A DNA stretch of 54,700 nucleotides. Source: Patescibacteria group bacterium (GTDB lineage Bacteria > Patescibacteriota > Patescibacteriia > WFTA01 > S139-112). Shown piece after piece: positions 9,097-20,200 of the stretch. Each line of letters starts with the position of its first letter. Position 1 is the first letter of the stretch. The stretch spans positions 1-54,700 of the forward strand of contig WFTB01000015.1 of assembly GCA_015485695.1 (NCBI GenBank), in the 5' to 3' direction. The position numbers and the translations under genes were made by a program. Below the pieces are notes generated by a model. That model searched no databases, was not told where the DNA came from, and saw only the letters and a program-made list of their open reading frames with translations.

Positions 9097-10572
9097 TTAC
9101 TGGTGCAGAAACCGACGATACAAGAAATTGAGACGGTCCGCTTCTTTTCTGTCGCCTCTGCCAATCGCTTCCTGAAACCTCACTTTAAGATTCTCCTTCA
9201 CTTTCGGCACATAAGAAATAAAATATACGCTTCCGTTCTCCGCGACTTGAGCCCCTCTTCTTACATCTCCACCATACTCATCTCTGACATGCCGCACTTC
9301 TTTAATTTGTTCCATTAAATACTTCCGTTTTTGTTCAAGAGACCAGCCGTCTTCCGGATAATACGCATCGTCTTGAAAATCTTCTACAAACCCATTAAAT
9401 GTTTGGATTAAATCATACATATCTACTATGGTAATCAACTTTGTCTTATCATGAATCATGGCAAAAAATACGGTAATATTTGCTTTTTCTGCCTCCTGTG
9501 TCATCTGTTCCAGATTGCTGATATCAAAATCATTCACCCCTTCATCAGAAAGCACAAGCACGGCAGCAGGAGGTTCTTTGTCGCTGTTCCCTCGCCTGCT
9601 TTGAGTTAATCGGTCTATTGCGCTTTGAGCGACATGAAGCTGCCTTTCCTTACTTCCTTTAAACCTCATGCCGTCGACGAATGAACGCACATCATCCGGA
9701 CTCTGTATTCCCTTTTCTCTCGGATCAATTTCATAACTAAACGACGCCATTGTGCAATCATGAGTATTAAAAAAACCGCTATCATTCATAATCTTTTCAA
9801 TCAACTTATCGCGCAATAAAGCAGAATCATCACTCATTGACCCGCTGCGGTCTATCAAAATCCGCAACACGGGAAAGCGGGATATATATTCAACCAATTC
9901 CTCGTATTGCTTTTCTCGTTGCTGTTTTCTGTCGTTCTCAGAAGGTTGGACAATGTCCAAAGAAACAAATCTGCATTTGCCAAACAATTCCTCCCTAATC
10001 TCTTTGGGTAATTTCTCCGCCTCTTCTTCTCTGTAACGCTCTTTTGTATCCGGGTTTATTAAATCTGTAATCGCGGTAACCCCTTTTCCGTAGCGTGGAT
10101 TAACGGGAATATTGGTAATCACTCCAGCATTAAAAAAATCCTTCAGTGAAGGGTTTTTTTGGATAAACAACTCAACCACCTCATGGTAAATCCTTCTCAC
10201 TTCAGCAACCCTCGCTTGCGCTAATCCTTTATTCCCTTCTTCCCAGGTAATTGTTTGTCGCTCATCTGCAGAGGCCGATACGTTCACCCGCAAATGAGAA
10301 AGGGCGTCTTTATCCATCTTCGCAACCTCTTTCTCTAAAAAATAAAACAGTTCTGTTTTGAGTTTTTCTTCTTTCTCAGGGTTCATTTTTGCTTCATTCG
10401 TTGGAAAAGCGTCTGTCATGTCAAAATGAAACAAAAGTTTCTCTCCACTCTCCTTTTCAACATCTCCCTGTTCTGGACCGCACCCAAGCCCAAAACCAAA
10501 AGCAACAGCGCCAAACCCCAACGTCTTCATAAAATCTCTCCTGCTCCACCCTCTTCCTTCGTGATTATTCAT
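9097..10572 (-). CDS. Putative Tat-signal lipoprotein with OmpA-C-like and vWA domains
   Basis: SRRDFMK and GLGC; SASADER..NKGLAQARVAEV..CRFVSL resembles OmpA_C; ILIDRSGSMS (MIDAS DxSxS) and VLVLSDEG indicate vWA. Confidence 0.6.
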   Translation of the reverse strand: MNNHEGRGWSRRDFMKTLGFGAVAFGFGLGCGPEQGDVEKESGEKLLFHFDMTDAFPTNEAKMNPEKEEKLKTELFYFLEKEVAKMDKDALSHLRVNVSASADERQTITWEEGNKGLAQARVAEVRRIYHEVVELFIQKNPSLKDFFNAGVITNIPVNPRYGKGVTAITDLINPDTKERYREEEAEKLPKEIREELFGKCRFVSLDIVQPSENDRKQQREKQYEELVEYISRFPVLRILIDRSGSMSDDSALLRDKLIEKIMNDSGFFNTHDCTMASFSYEIDPREKGIQSPDDVRSFVDGMRFKGSKERQLHVAQSAIDRLTQSRRGNSDKEPPAAVLVLSDEGVNDFDISNLEQMTQEAEKANITVFFAMIHDKTKLITIVDMYDLIQTFNGFVEDFQDDAYYPEDGWSLEQKRKYLMEQIKEVRHVRDEYGGDVRRGAQVAENGSVYFISYVPKVKENLKVRFQEAIGRGDRKEADRLNFLYRRFLHQ

Positions 10573-10647
10573 ACTGCTTGTGTTAAGCTAAACCCGGCAC
10601 TGAAAAAACTCTAAAAAAAATCTCTTCAAAAATTTGGTGGGCAATCA

Positions 10648-10866
10648 CTTGCCACCGGCAACCGTCCTCGCCCGTTCGATTCCCTCATTAGTACTGAGCG
10701 GAAAGAAGAAATCACCTGGGCTTGCGGTCGCTTGCCACCGGCAACCGTCCTCGCCCGTTCGATTCCCTCATTAGTACTGAGCGGAAAGAAGAAATCACCT
10801 GGGCTTGCGGTCGCTTGCCACCGGCAACCGTCCTCGCCCGTTCGATTCCATTATTGTACTGAGCGG
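10648..10866 (-). repeat. 83-bp tandem repeat (about 2.6 units) downstream of tRNA-Gly
   Basis: Units start at 10648, 10731 and 10814; the first two are identical. Confidence 0.95.
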
Positions 10867-10934
10867 GTAGGGGGAATCGAACCCCCATCGCCAGCTTGGA
10901 AGGCTGGAGTAATAAGCCATTATACCATACCCGC
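10862..10934 (-). tRNA. tRNA-Gly(TCC)
   Basis: GCGGGTA/TACCCGC acceptor stem; CCAGC-CTTCCAA-GCTGG anticodon arm; GGTTCGATTCC T-arm. Confidence 0.96.
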
Positions 10935-11178
10935 ATGGGATTTTTATTGTCGCGATGAAGTGTTTTGCACCGCGTTTCGCCCAAAACGACTTTTACAGCA
11001 GGAAGGCTTCGGATAAATGGTAACGGACTAAAGCGTCGATGTCAATACATTTTAAGCGTTTTAAGGTTGTTTTTGCCGTGTCTTTATTGTTCAGTTTGTT
11101 GTAAATCGTTATTTTTTATTTGAATATTGACGTTTTTAGGTCATGACGTGAAATTATTGGATATTGTTCTTCGTTTTG

Positions 11179-11187
11179 TGGTATAAT
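11179..11187 (+). promoter_or_regulatory. Extended -10 element (TGgTATAAT) upstream of the CBS gene
   Basis: Consensus match 34 nt upstream of ATG 11222. Confidence 0.5.
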
Positions 11188-11221
11188 TGCGTGGTAAGTT
11201 TTTCTTGTATGGTGTGCGTTT

Positions 11222-11680
11222 ATGAAGGTTGAAGACGTGATGACAAAAGACGTGATTTCGGTTCAAGAAGACATGTCTGTTTTGCGCGTGGCGGATCTTA
11301 TGATGGAATCGGAAATTTCAGGTGTACCTGTTGTTGATTCCGAAAAAAAAATTATAGGCGCCGTGATTGAAGATGATTTGATTGTTGGAGGGGCTCATAT
11401 TCACTTGCCCACTTATATGAGTTTGTTGGAGCGTCTGCGTATATCGGAAAAGACCGGAGAAGGAATACGTGCGCATGTTGAACACATAGAAAACCTGAAC
11501 GCGAAAGACATAATGCGATCAGGTTTTGAGACGGTGTCAAAGAAAGATGATATACAAAAAGTAATAGAAATATTCGCGAACGGCACAACTCCTTCCGTGT
11601 TTGTCGTTGGAGATGACAAACGTATTGAGGGAGTTGTTTCGAAAACGGATATAATAAAATTATTCGCGGAGAATCGATAA
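11222..11680 (+). CDS. CBS-domain (Bateman module) protein
   Basis: VEDVMTKDVISV, SGVPVVD, IEGVVSKTDI. Confidence 0.9.
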   Translation: MKVEDVMTKDVISVQEDMSVLRVADLMMESEISGVPVVDSEKKIIGAVIEDDLIVGGAHIHLPTYMSLLERLRISEKTGEGIRAHVEHIENLNAKDIMRSGFETVSKKDDIQKVIEIFANGTTPSVFVVGDDKRIEGVVSKTDIIKLFAENR

Positions 11681-11691
11681 AACAGATTTAA

Positions 11692-12225
11692 ATGAAAAAA
11701 GATTCGCAAAAAAACAATAAAAAACAAAATCGATCCGTAGATAAGATGGTGGACCAATCTTTGCGTGAACTCGGTACGATGCGTTTTGTTACATTGCAGT
11801 TTTGGCTATCTTGGAAGTCTTTGTTGGTCGTTATGTTTTTGGCGGGCATGGCTTCGACCGTTTTGCTTGTTACGGATTGGTTTCCGATTTCTTCCGGTCA
11901 ACAACAGGCAAGAACAATAGAAAACACATCAAGGCATCAATTTGAATCCGAATCCGGACAAACATTCGGCCCTTTCAATTCAAACAATGTTTCTGTTCGC
12001 GTAATAAGTTCTTCAGACGCGCAACCGACTCCCAATCCAACCGGACCTCCGGATACGACACCGGCCCCGCCCGGTCAATGCATTGGCGGCAGTCCGGGTC
12101 TTGGAGGCGCCGGATTTCCGGATATTAATTCCGATGGCTGTGTGGATTTGTTGGATTTGTCCATGGTTTTGGCGTGTTGGGGGTATGGAGAAGGCGAGTG
12201 TTTTGCAAATATGGGGACTTATTAA
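11692..12225 (+). CDS. Membrane-anchored protein with Pro-rich linker and C-terminal dockerin-like Ca-binding motif
   Basis: TM LLVVMFLAGMASTVLLV; PTPNPTGPPDTTPAPP linker; DINSDGCVDLLDL. Confidence 0.6.
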   Translation: MKKDSQKNNKKQNRSVDKMVDQSLRELGTMRFVTLQFWLSWKSLLVVMFLAGMASTVLLVTDWFPISSGQQQARTIENTSRHQFESESGQTFGPFNSNNVSVRVISSSDAQPTPNPTGPPDTTPAPPGQCIGGSPGLGGAGFPDINSDGCVDLLDLSMVLACWGYGEGECFANMGTY

Positions 12226-12240
12226 TCAATACCGACTTGT

Positions 12241-14223
12241 ATGTTTCATGGCAATACAACAAAAGAGAATGCGATTAAAAAAACAAATAAGCGTTTTTGG
12301 GGTCGGTTATTTTGGGCGGTGTCCGTTCCGGCTTTGATTGCAGGATATGTCGCGATGTCGTCTTCGGGAATTCCGCTTGTTACGGATACGCCCGCTATAG
12401 CTCAACAAATTCCTCCTATTGTTGTTGATGGTAACCAACCAAGACAGCCAATAGACGGATTTGGGGCGACAATAGCCGACGGACACGTTGATTGGACGGG
12501 GAACAGCAAACAAGAACTTGCAGATTTTGTGGTAAACGAACTGGGAATGACTGTCGCGCGTATAGGGTTCCCGGACACGATAGAACAAACTCGACAGTGG
12601 CCGGATTATGTTTTTGTCAAAAACAACGACAATGACGATCCGTTCGATACCGATATTTTAAAATTCACCCAATGGATAGAAGACGGTGGAGATAATCAGC
12701 CTGACGTAGAATTGATGAGAGCGTTTAAGAATGCCGGGCTTAACCGATTTCAGTTGTCAATGTGGAATCCGGCGTTTTGGCTCAAGACGACAAACTCGGA
12801 CAGAACGGCGCCATGCGCGGTTCCAACCGAATACAGGGGTGGGCATTTGTGCATGAGAGAGAAAGATGAATTGGGCGAGCATGTCAGCGGATTTATACAG
12901 GCTCTCAGCATGCAAGGATTGAACGTAGAATGGTTTTCTCCTGTTAATGAAGCCGATTGGGGTCCCACGGAAGAGTATCCGGAGTCTATGCGAGATATAG
13001 TGGAACTGTTTCAAGACAGGTTCGCATTGGATAATTTGACAACTAAGGTGGTCGCTCCGGAGCTAACGCGCACGTTTAAACCGTATTGGGTAGACACGAT
13101 TAACAGCGGTCCTCGTGGAAGAATATTGGATTACGCGAGTTTCCACCAGTATCCTGACAGTTTCAGCGACCCTGAAAACCCAAATTATGTAAGCAATCTT
13201 GAAAGCGTCGGAAAATTATGGACGGACCAGGGAATCAAATTGATGCAGACGGAGATGTCTAATTTTTACGGAGCGGGTGGCGATCAAGCGATACAAGATA
13301 CGTATGAAGAAGGATTTTTAACCGCTTGGCACATGTATCAAGGGCTAACAAAAGCGAATTTCAGCATTTGGATGTATTGGGTGTTGCAAAGCGGTTGGCA
13401 CAGGGATGGAGTTCCCCCGGGAACCGAAGGTCAAACTTGCAGAAACAACACTCCTCCCAAACCGCCAAATCCAGCTCCGAATTATTATCATTGCGGACCG
13501 GGTCAACGATTGATAAGGACAATGCCCAATGGTGGAGGTTTTGTGAAAACTCCGAAATACTGGGCGTTTAGAATGTATTCGCGTTTCGTGCGTCCCGGAA
13601 TGACTCGATATGAGGTTACCGGAGCCCCGAATGATTTGAAAGTGTCTGCGTACAGCAATGACAGTGGAGAGGTTACTGTTGTCGTGCTTAATACAAGCTC
13701 GGAAGCGAGAGCCATGCCGGACATAAGTTTTAACGGCATAAGTCCTTCGAACGGATTTTTCAAATATCAGTATTCCTCGACCGATTACGCATCCAAATCA
13801 CAACAAAGAATCGCGGTTCAAAACAACATCGTCAGCGATTCGGAGTGGCTTCCAGGACGTTCGGTGACCACATATTCGACGATAGATGTCGCGGATGCCG
13901 TGGCGGACATACCAAACACACCTCCTCCGACCACACCTCCGCCGGACACGACATCACCGCCGGACACGACATCACCTCCGGACACCACAACACCGCCGTC
14001 GAACCTTCCAGAATTGAGGATGAACAAGGCAGACTTTGATTGTAGCGGTATGGTTGATGTCATTGACTTGGGTATATTTTTGTCGCGTCAAGGAGAATAT
14101 CCGCACAGCACAAGAGGGTTTTGGCCACCGTGCGGAGGGGGTCCGATACCAACAGCGATAGTTCCTCCGGAATGTCCCCCTGGTAATTCCATTTGTATAG
14201 GTGATGGCGGAGCCCTTGAGTGA
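12241..14223 (+). CDS. GH30-like (clan GH-A) glycoside hydrolase with PPDTT linker and dockerin-like C-terminus
   Basis: QPIDGFGA; SPVNEAD (acid/base); LMQTEMS (nucleophile); YSRFVRPG; VSAY..VVVLN; DFDCSGMVDVIDL. Confidence 0.8.
   Translation: MFHGNTTKENAIKKTNKRFWGRLFWAVSVPALIAGYVAMSSSGIPLVTDTPAIAQQIPPIVVDGNQPRQPIDGFGATIADGHVDWTGNSKQELADFVVNELGMTVARIGFPDTIEQTRQWPDYVFVKNNDNDDPFDTDILKFTQWIEDGGDNQPDVELMRAFKNAGLNRFQLSMWNPAFWLKTTNSDRTAPCAVPTEYRGGHLCMREKDELGEHVSGFIQALSMQGLNVEWFSPVNEADWGPTEEYPESMRDIVELFQDRFALDNLTTKVVAPELTRTFKPYWVDTINSGPRGRILDYASFHQYPDSFSDPENPNYVSNLESVGKLWTDQGIKLMQTEMSNFYGAGGDQAIQDTYEEGFLTAWHMYQGLTKANFSIWMYWVLQSGWHRDGVPPGTEGQTCRNNTPPKPPNPAPNYYHCGPGQRLIRTMPNGGGFVKTPKYWAFRMYSRFVRPGMTRYEVTGAPNDLKVSAYSNDSGEVTVVVLNTSSEARAMPDISFNGISPSNGFFKYQYSSTDYASKSQQRIAVQNNIVSDSEWLPGRSVTTYSTIDVADAVADIPNTPPPTTPPPDTTSPPDTTSPPDTTTPPSNLPELRMNKADFDCSGMVDVIDLGIFLSRQGEYPHSTRGFWPPCGGGPIPTAIVPPECPPGNSICIGDGGALE
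13939..13992 (+). repeat. 18-bp coding tandem repeat (PPDTTS/T x3)
   Basis: ccgccggacacgacatca twice plus one diverged copy. Confidence 0.85.
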
Positions 14224-14282
14224 GTTTGTTTATTGAATTTTGCATAACGTTAAAAGCGCGATATTTCTCTAAGATTTGTATT

Positions 14283-17200
14283 ATGTTAAATCCGAATCGT
14301 AAAAAAACCTGGTTGTTGCTTACCGCACTATCGACAATAGCCGTAGGCGCGGTCATGGCTTACGGTCCGTACGATGAACGAGCGAGCGCTCAGGTGTCAG
14401 GTTCATGGCAACCGCCTCAAGGGTCACCTTTGTCTAACAAAGAACATCCAAGACTGTTTTTTACGGCCGATTCAAAGCAAAAAATAATAGATAAAATAAA
14501 AACGTATTATCAAACCGATTTCAGAGATTTCGTGAACACTTTGGATGCGGATTACGGTACTTCGTTCTCGGGTTATGAGACTCAAAATCTTGGAATTAAC
14601 GCCGTCAGAAACTACGCGCTTTTGTGCCAAATCGAACCGTCTTCGGTTGGAGTATCCGGGTCTTACAGCAGACAAGAATATTGCGATGAATCCGTCCGTT
14701 TGGCAAAACAAATGGCTAGCGCTTTGCCGGACTACAGAGACAGCATACATTGCGCTCAAACTTGGGACGGGAAAAACTGCGGATTGTTTAACGTATCGTT
14801 GGCTGTGGCTTATGATTGGGCATACAATGACATGTCGGTTGCGGACAGACAATCTTTGCAAGGTTACATAGAGTCATCATTTGACCGGTGCAATGAAGAC
14901 TGCAAAGGTGAAAGGCCACTGATTATGAATGTCGCAACCACGGCGGCGTTTCATGGTGTCTTCCCTTTCTTGGCATTGTACGGAGACGGGTCTTCGAGAG
15001 AAGCTGAGATGACGGACTGGTATAAGAAAAATTTTCTGGACGGAATGCTGGCGGTGTCGGATTCTCTGTACGAGGGTTCGGCTTATCACAATGAAGGGGA
15101 TTCTTATTCTTTGGACGTGGTTTTGCCAATAGTTATGATGAGTAGCGCGTCATCACCCGCCCTTAACACAAATTTATTCGAAAAGCACGCATATTTGAGG
15201 TATATGCCGGATTATTTTTATTACACCACCATACCTCAGAAAACACCTTATGGAAGCGGAGGATACGCTGGAGAAAGAAACAATACGCACAGATACGGAG
15301 TGCAATGGATGCCGGATGAAACACCTTATATAGTGCTAAACGCGTCGGCGGCGGAGCTTGACGATGTGGACAGCGCTCAAGCCGGATTTGCAAAATGGCT
15401 TTCCGACGGACCGGGACCTTACGCTTTGGGAGGGATTGAAAACGTAAAGCGATACGACAGAAGACTGTATGATTTGTTCACCAAATTCATTTGGGGAACT
15501 CGACAAGTCCAGGTTCTGGATGCCGATTCCGCAAATAAAAATCTAATGCAAAATTTGGGTGGTCAAATCGTTATGCGTTCCAGTCACGATTCTGAGTCGG
15601 CGACAAGGGCCGTGTTTCATGCTTATGATTGGTTTTACGCTTCAAGTCATGACGATACGGAACAAGGCGCCATAGGAATATGGAAATACGGCCCTCTTAT
15701 ACTCGATAGTGTCGGAAATTCCAAAAACTCATCCAACATGAGAAGATGGACTACCAATAAAGGCCCCGCTCTTAACAGTTTGATGGGCGTGTTTAAACCG
15801 GGCGAAACTGACAAGGATGGATATAATTTTATGGAGTTTGACATAACTTGGCCAGGAGCGAGCACGATAAACGACCCGAGCCAATACTATGAAGGAAGTC
15901 AGATGGACAGAGGGGACAAAGTCATGGACAGAAAAGTAGATTTGTATGACTATGTGAATTATGATTACGGCAAAATGTATACCGACAAAGCGTCTTCGGC
16001 GAGGAGACAATACGTATATTTGAGGGGTCCGGAAAACAAAGAATATGTTGTGGTTTACGATCAGGTCGATTCCGCGTACGAGAAACGAGCGCTTTTTCAC
16101 AGCGGTGTCGATTGGCAGGCGATTGGAGGTTCGTGGGGTACGGAAGGAGTTTTCGACAGATTGATAGGAACAAGGACTGTAAAAATAGACAACAGTTCAT
16201 TGCCGTCGGGAAAAGGCGCGTTGTTTTTGAAAGTTTTAACTCAAAACGCGAATATATACAAACAAGGAGGACAGGCATATCCTTTGACGGACGTTGAGGG
16301 GCGCAACATATCGTACGGAGGCTCGGGGGATTATGAATATGAATGTTTTTCCATCGGTTGTTGGAGGATACAAGTCAGAACAAACGAGTCAAATCTCTTG
16401 ACGGCAATGCAAATAGGAGCATCGCAGACAATCGGACCGAATATGGTATCGACCGTTGCCGTTGATGGAGGGAACAGTGAAGGAGTGATGATTGGCGACA
16501 GGGTCGTGATGTTTTCAAGAACGAGCGGACAGCAAATGAGCTCGACCGGATACACCGTGTCAACAAGCGAACCGGTTACTCATATAATTGCGAATATGAC
16601 GCCCGATACGGAATTCGAAGTCGTGATAAACGGAGCGTCGCAAAACATAATTTCAAGCTCCGCGGGAGTACTCACTTTCCGAGATGACGGTACCGGGAAC
16701 AGGTCGGTTTCTATAGGTGGCGGCGTAAGCGTTCCACAGGATACCGAACCTCCGAGAGTGACGGTGTTTGCTGTAAATCCGGAAGCTCCTCAAGAAACCT
16801 CAAATACCGTGGAAATAAGTTGGACCGCATCTGACAACAAGTCTTTGGACAGGATTGAAATATGGAGGGCGGATTTTAACGGTACCGATTGTTCTGATTC
16901 CGATAAATCGGGATGTTCTTGGCGGAAAGTCCAATCAGTAAACGCTTATGGCTCAAAGCACTCGGGCTCTGCAACGGACAATCCTCCGGTTGGGACGTTT
17001 TGGTACGGCATACACGCAATCGACTCTTCCGGAAATATCGGATATGAGCCTAATCCGCCGGGGTCGCTTAAAGTTATAAAAATCGAATCGACGGATCCGG
17101 GAAACGGTGGCAACGACGGTGGTGGTAACGGAGGAAACGGAGATAACGGAGGTGGAAACACACCTTCAAACAACCCTCCCGATGCTGTGATATCGGCAAG

Positions 17201-20200
17201 CCCGACCGCCGGAAGCGCTCCGTTGGTTGTTGATTTCACGGGGACGAATTCGTCTGATTCGGATGGCACAATAGTTTCTTACTCTTGGGATTTTGGAGAT
17301 GGCTCGGGGTCAAGTATCGCGAATCCGACATACACATATCAGAGCCCGGGAACATTTACCGCAAGATTGACGGTTACGGACAATCAAGGAGCGATAGGGC
17401 AATCTTCGGTAATAATAACGGTCACCGAGCCAGCGTCCGGGAACGTGATATATGTAGACAACAGAGCCACTCAGGCGGGCGACGGTTCTCAAGCTAGCCC
17501 GTACCAATCAATCGCAAAGGGCATTGAGGCGATACAACCCGGGCAAACGATGATAATAGTCGGGGATGCGTCCGGAATAGGCAGGGTGTATGCGGAAGAC
17601 ATAGATTTATCCAAAAACGGTTCAGCGACCGCAATGTACACAATGAAATCTCAAGACGGAGAAACGGTTATCGTTCAACATTCAAACACCATTACTCCCG
17701 GCGATTATTGGGTGGTTAGAGGCATTGTTTTCGACCATCAGAATACTTCAAGTGACGCAATTCGAATATCCGGTTCGAATACGACGTTTGACGGAGTCAC
17801 TCTAAAAAACGGCAAAAGAGACGGATTCGAAATAGACGGGTCGGCAAGAGACATAACGATAAAAAATTCAAATATATATAATTTTGTTTGGCAACCCGGT
17901 TCGGACGCTCATTGTATAGTAATAGACCCGGGAGCCGGAGGAATAAACATAGATTCCAACACAATATACGATTGCGGAGGCGATGGTGTTCAGATTTTCG
18001 CAAATAGCGGAGACGAACCGTCAACTTACGCTAAAAACGTAACTATATCGAACAATACAATATATACAACACGCGGAACAGGAAGTGAAAACGCGCTCGA
18101 CATCAAAGGCGCCGTCGGATTAACCATTGACGGGAACACGATATACGGATTCGAAAACAAAGCTATTGTTATACAAAAGGGTCCGCAGAATGTTTCTTTC
18201 ACAAGAAACACGGTATATGATTCTTTGCAGGGGCTTGAGGTCAGGGGTGAGGGAGGATTTAATCCTATAAACGTAGATATAATCAATAACGTTTTTTATA
18301 ACATAACGGGAGAGTACGCTCTTAAATTCGACAATGTCGAAAACCTGAAAGCTCAACACAATACCCTGGTATCCATATCCGGTAATCCGTTTAGAATTGA
18401 ATTGGGAGGAGTGGTGTCGGGATATATACAAAACAATCTGATAAGTTCATCCGGCCAGAACAGTGTTTCCGGGACTCAGAACGCTATCGTGTCGCACAAC
18501 GGATGGTTTGACGGCGCGACATCTGGAAGTCTCGGAGGAACGAATGAGGTTGCTGGAGATGACGCGCAGTTCGTGGACGCGTCCGCTTTTGATTACAGAT
18601 TAAAGTCAAATTCCCTCGCAAAAGATTCGGGAAGAACTCTTTCACATGTTGCGACGGATTTTGACGGAACATCAAGACCGCAAGGTTCGGGATATGACTT
18701 AGGTGCGTATGAGGTTGCATCATCAAGCGGAAACCCAGAGGTGTATATAGACATGATATCCGACAAGACTGAAGTGTATGTTGGAGACAGCATAACTTAT
18801 ACATTAACTTACAGGAACAACTCGGATTATCCGGCTGTGAATTTAAGAATATACAACGACATACCTCCCGGAACAGAACTCATTCCCGGTTCAATAACCG
18901 GTGGAGGCATTGTCAATTCGGGAACAATAGAGTGGGTTCTGTCCAGAGTCGAAGCGCGTCAGTTTGGAGATTTGTCTTTTTCTGTCACCGTTTTGGAGGA
19001 AACACCGAACAATCCGAACGACCCTCCGCCTGACACCACGGACCCCGACAACCCTAATGACCCGAACAATCCGCCACCGGATACAACTGACCCTGACAAT
19101 CCGAACAATCCGAACGACCCTCCGCCTGACACCACGGACCCCGACAACCCTAATGACCCGAACAATCCGCCACCGGACAACGGCATTGTAGGTTCGTGCG
19201 TTGCTCCCGGGCAACGCGGTGGTGCGGTTGTGGTTTCCGGCGCGAATATCCCTTCATCCCTTGTCGGAAAACCGATAGATTCGGTGTATGGATACAGTTA
19301 CAAAAACAATGAATGGACCGCAGAGCCGATACAAATAGACGAGCGACGGCCGGCTCCGTCTCCAACAATCGCAACCGTATATGTGACTCCGTCGTCTCTT
19401 ACGGACACAGTACCCGAAAACGATTGGGCGGGAACAGATACCGAGCCTGGTATAGATAACGGTCAATATAGCGATGAAATAGTATTCGACTATTCATCTC
19501 TGGGACCAAGAGCTCCGGGTGGTGTGCCAAACCCCGAAGGAGCCAAGGGTACAAGGTATGAAGTGGCGGTGACCGATACGCTAACCGACACGACAAAATA
19601 CTTCTATTTATTCCAGACTAACAATTCATTGCAAAGGTCAACGGTAGATTTTGTGTCATACGATTATAACGTATCGGATTGTAACGGATATGCGTCCACA
19701 TGCGAAGACACAACCGCGCAATCGGCTTGTTATAGCACGCATTTCTCTTTAAGGTGGGTTCAAGACGAAATACGAATAAAACCCGAGGCGGGAGGAGATA
19801 ACACGGACATAATAGACAGGGTCATGGGCGCGGCCTATGCGACGTCTCCCGATGCTCCGTTCAGGGCGAGTGTCGGAGAAAACGAAGACCATAAAATGAA
19901 CGCGGCTATAGCATGTGGCGGGTGGTCGGTGTATGACCCTATTCATTACTATCTAGGGCATATCGATGGGCCCGTAAGAGCCATACGACAAATAAAAGGA
20001 GCTTGTTCATTCGAAGATTTGATAAGAATATGGAAATTCTCCGGCGCGCAGGTTGACGAAACGCTATCAATGCAGGGGCACTCGTTTGGCGTTAATAGTG
20101 GGGGCTACGGAATGAGAACAAACTACAGCAAAGACGCGGTTCCATTGACATACTACAGTGAATCTTTCCCCGACGGGATTAAGTTTGACGGAGAACCCGA

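Noticed and set aside
10648-10866. CRISPR array interpretation of the 83-bp repeats (also the 103-bp repeats at 24728-24947)
   Set aside because: Units are duplicated in full with no unique spacers, include tRNA ends, and no cas genes are present
10712-11016. ORFs 10712-10984 (-) and 10732-11016 (+)
   Set aside because: They overlap tRNA-Gly and its repeats; spurious
14220-14282. GTG start or readthrough joining the GH30-like gene and the giant protein
   Set aside because: The frames differ, readthrough of the TGA meets a TAA within 8 codons, and ATG 14283 gives a clean signal peptide
17098-17160. GGN-rich low-complexity stretch
   Set aside because: Ordinary Gly/Asn linker inside the giant protein
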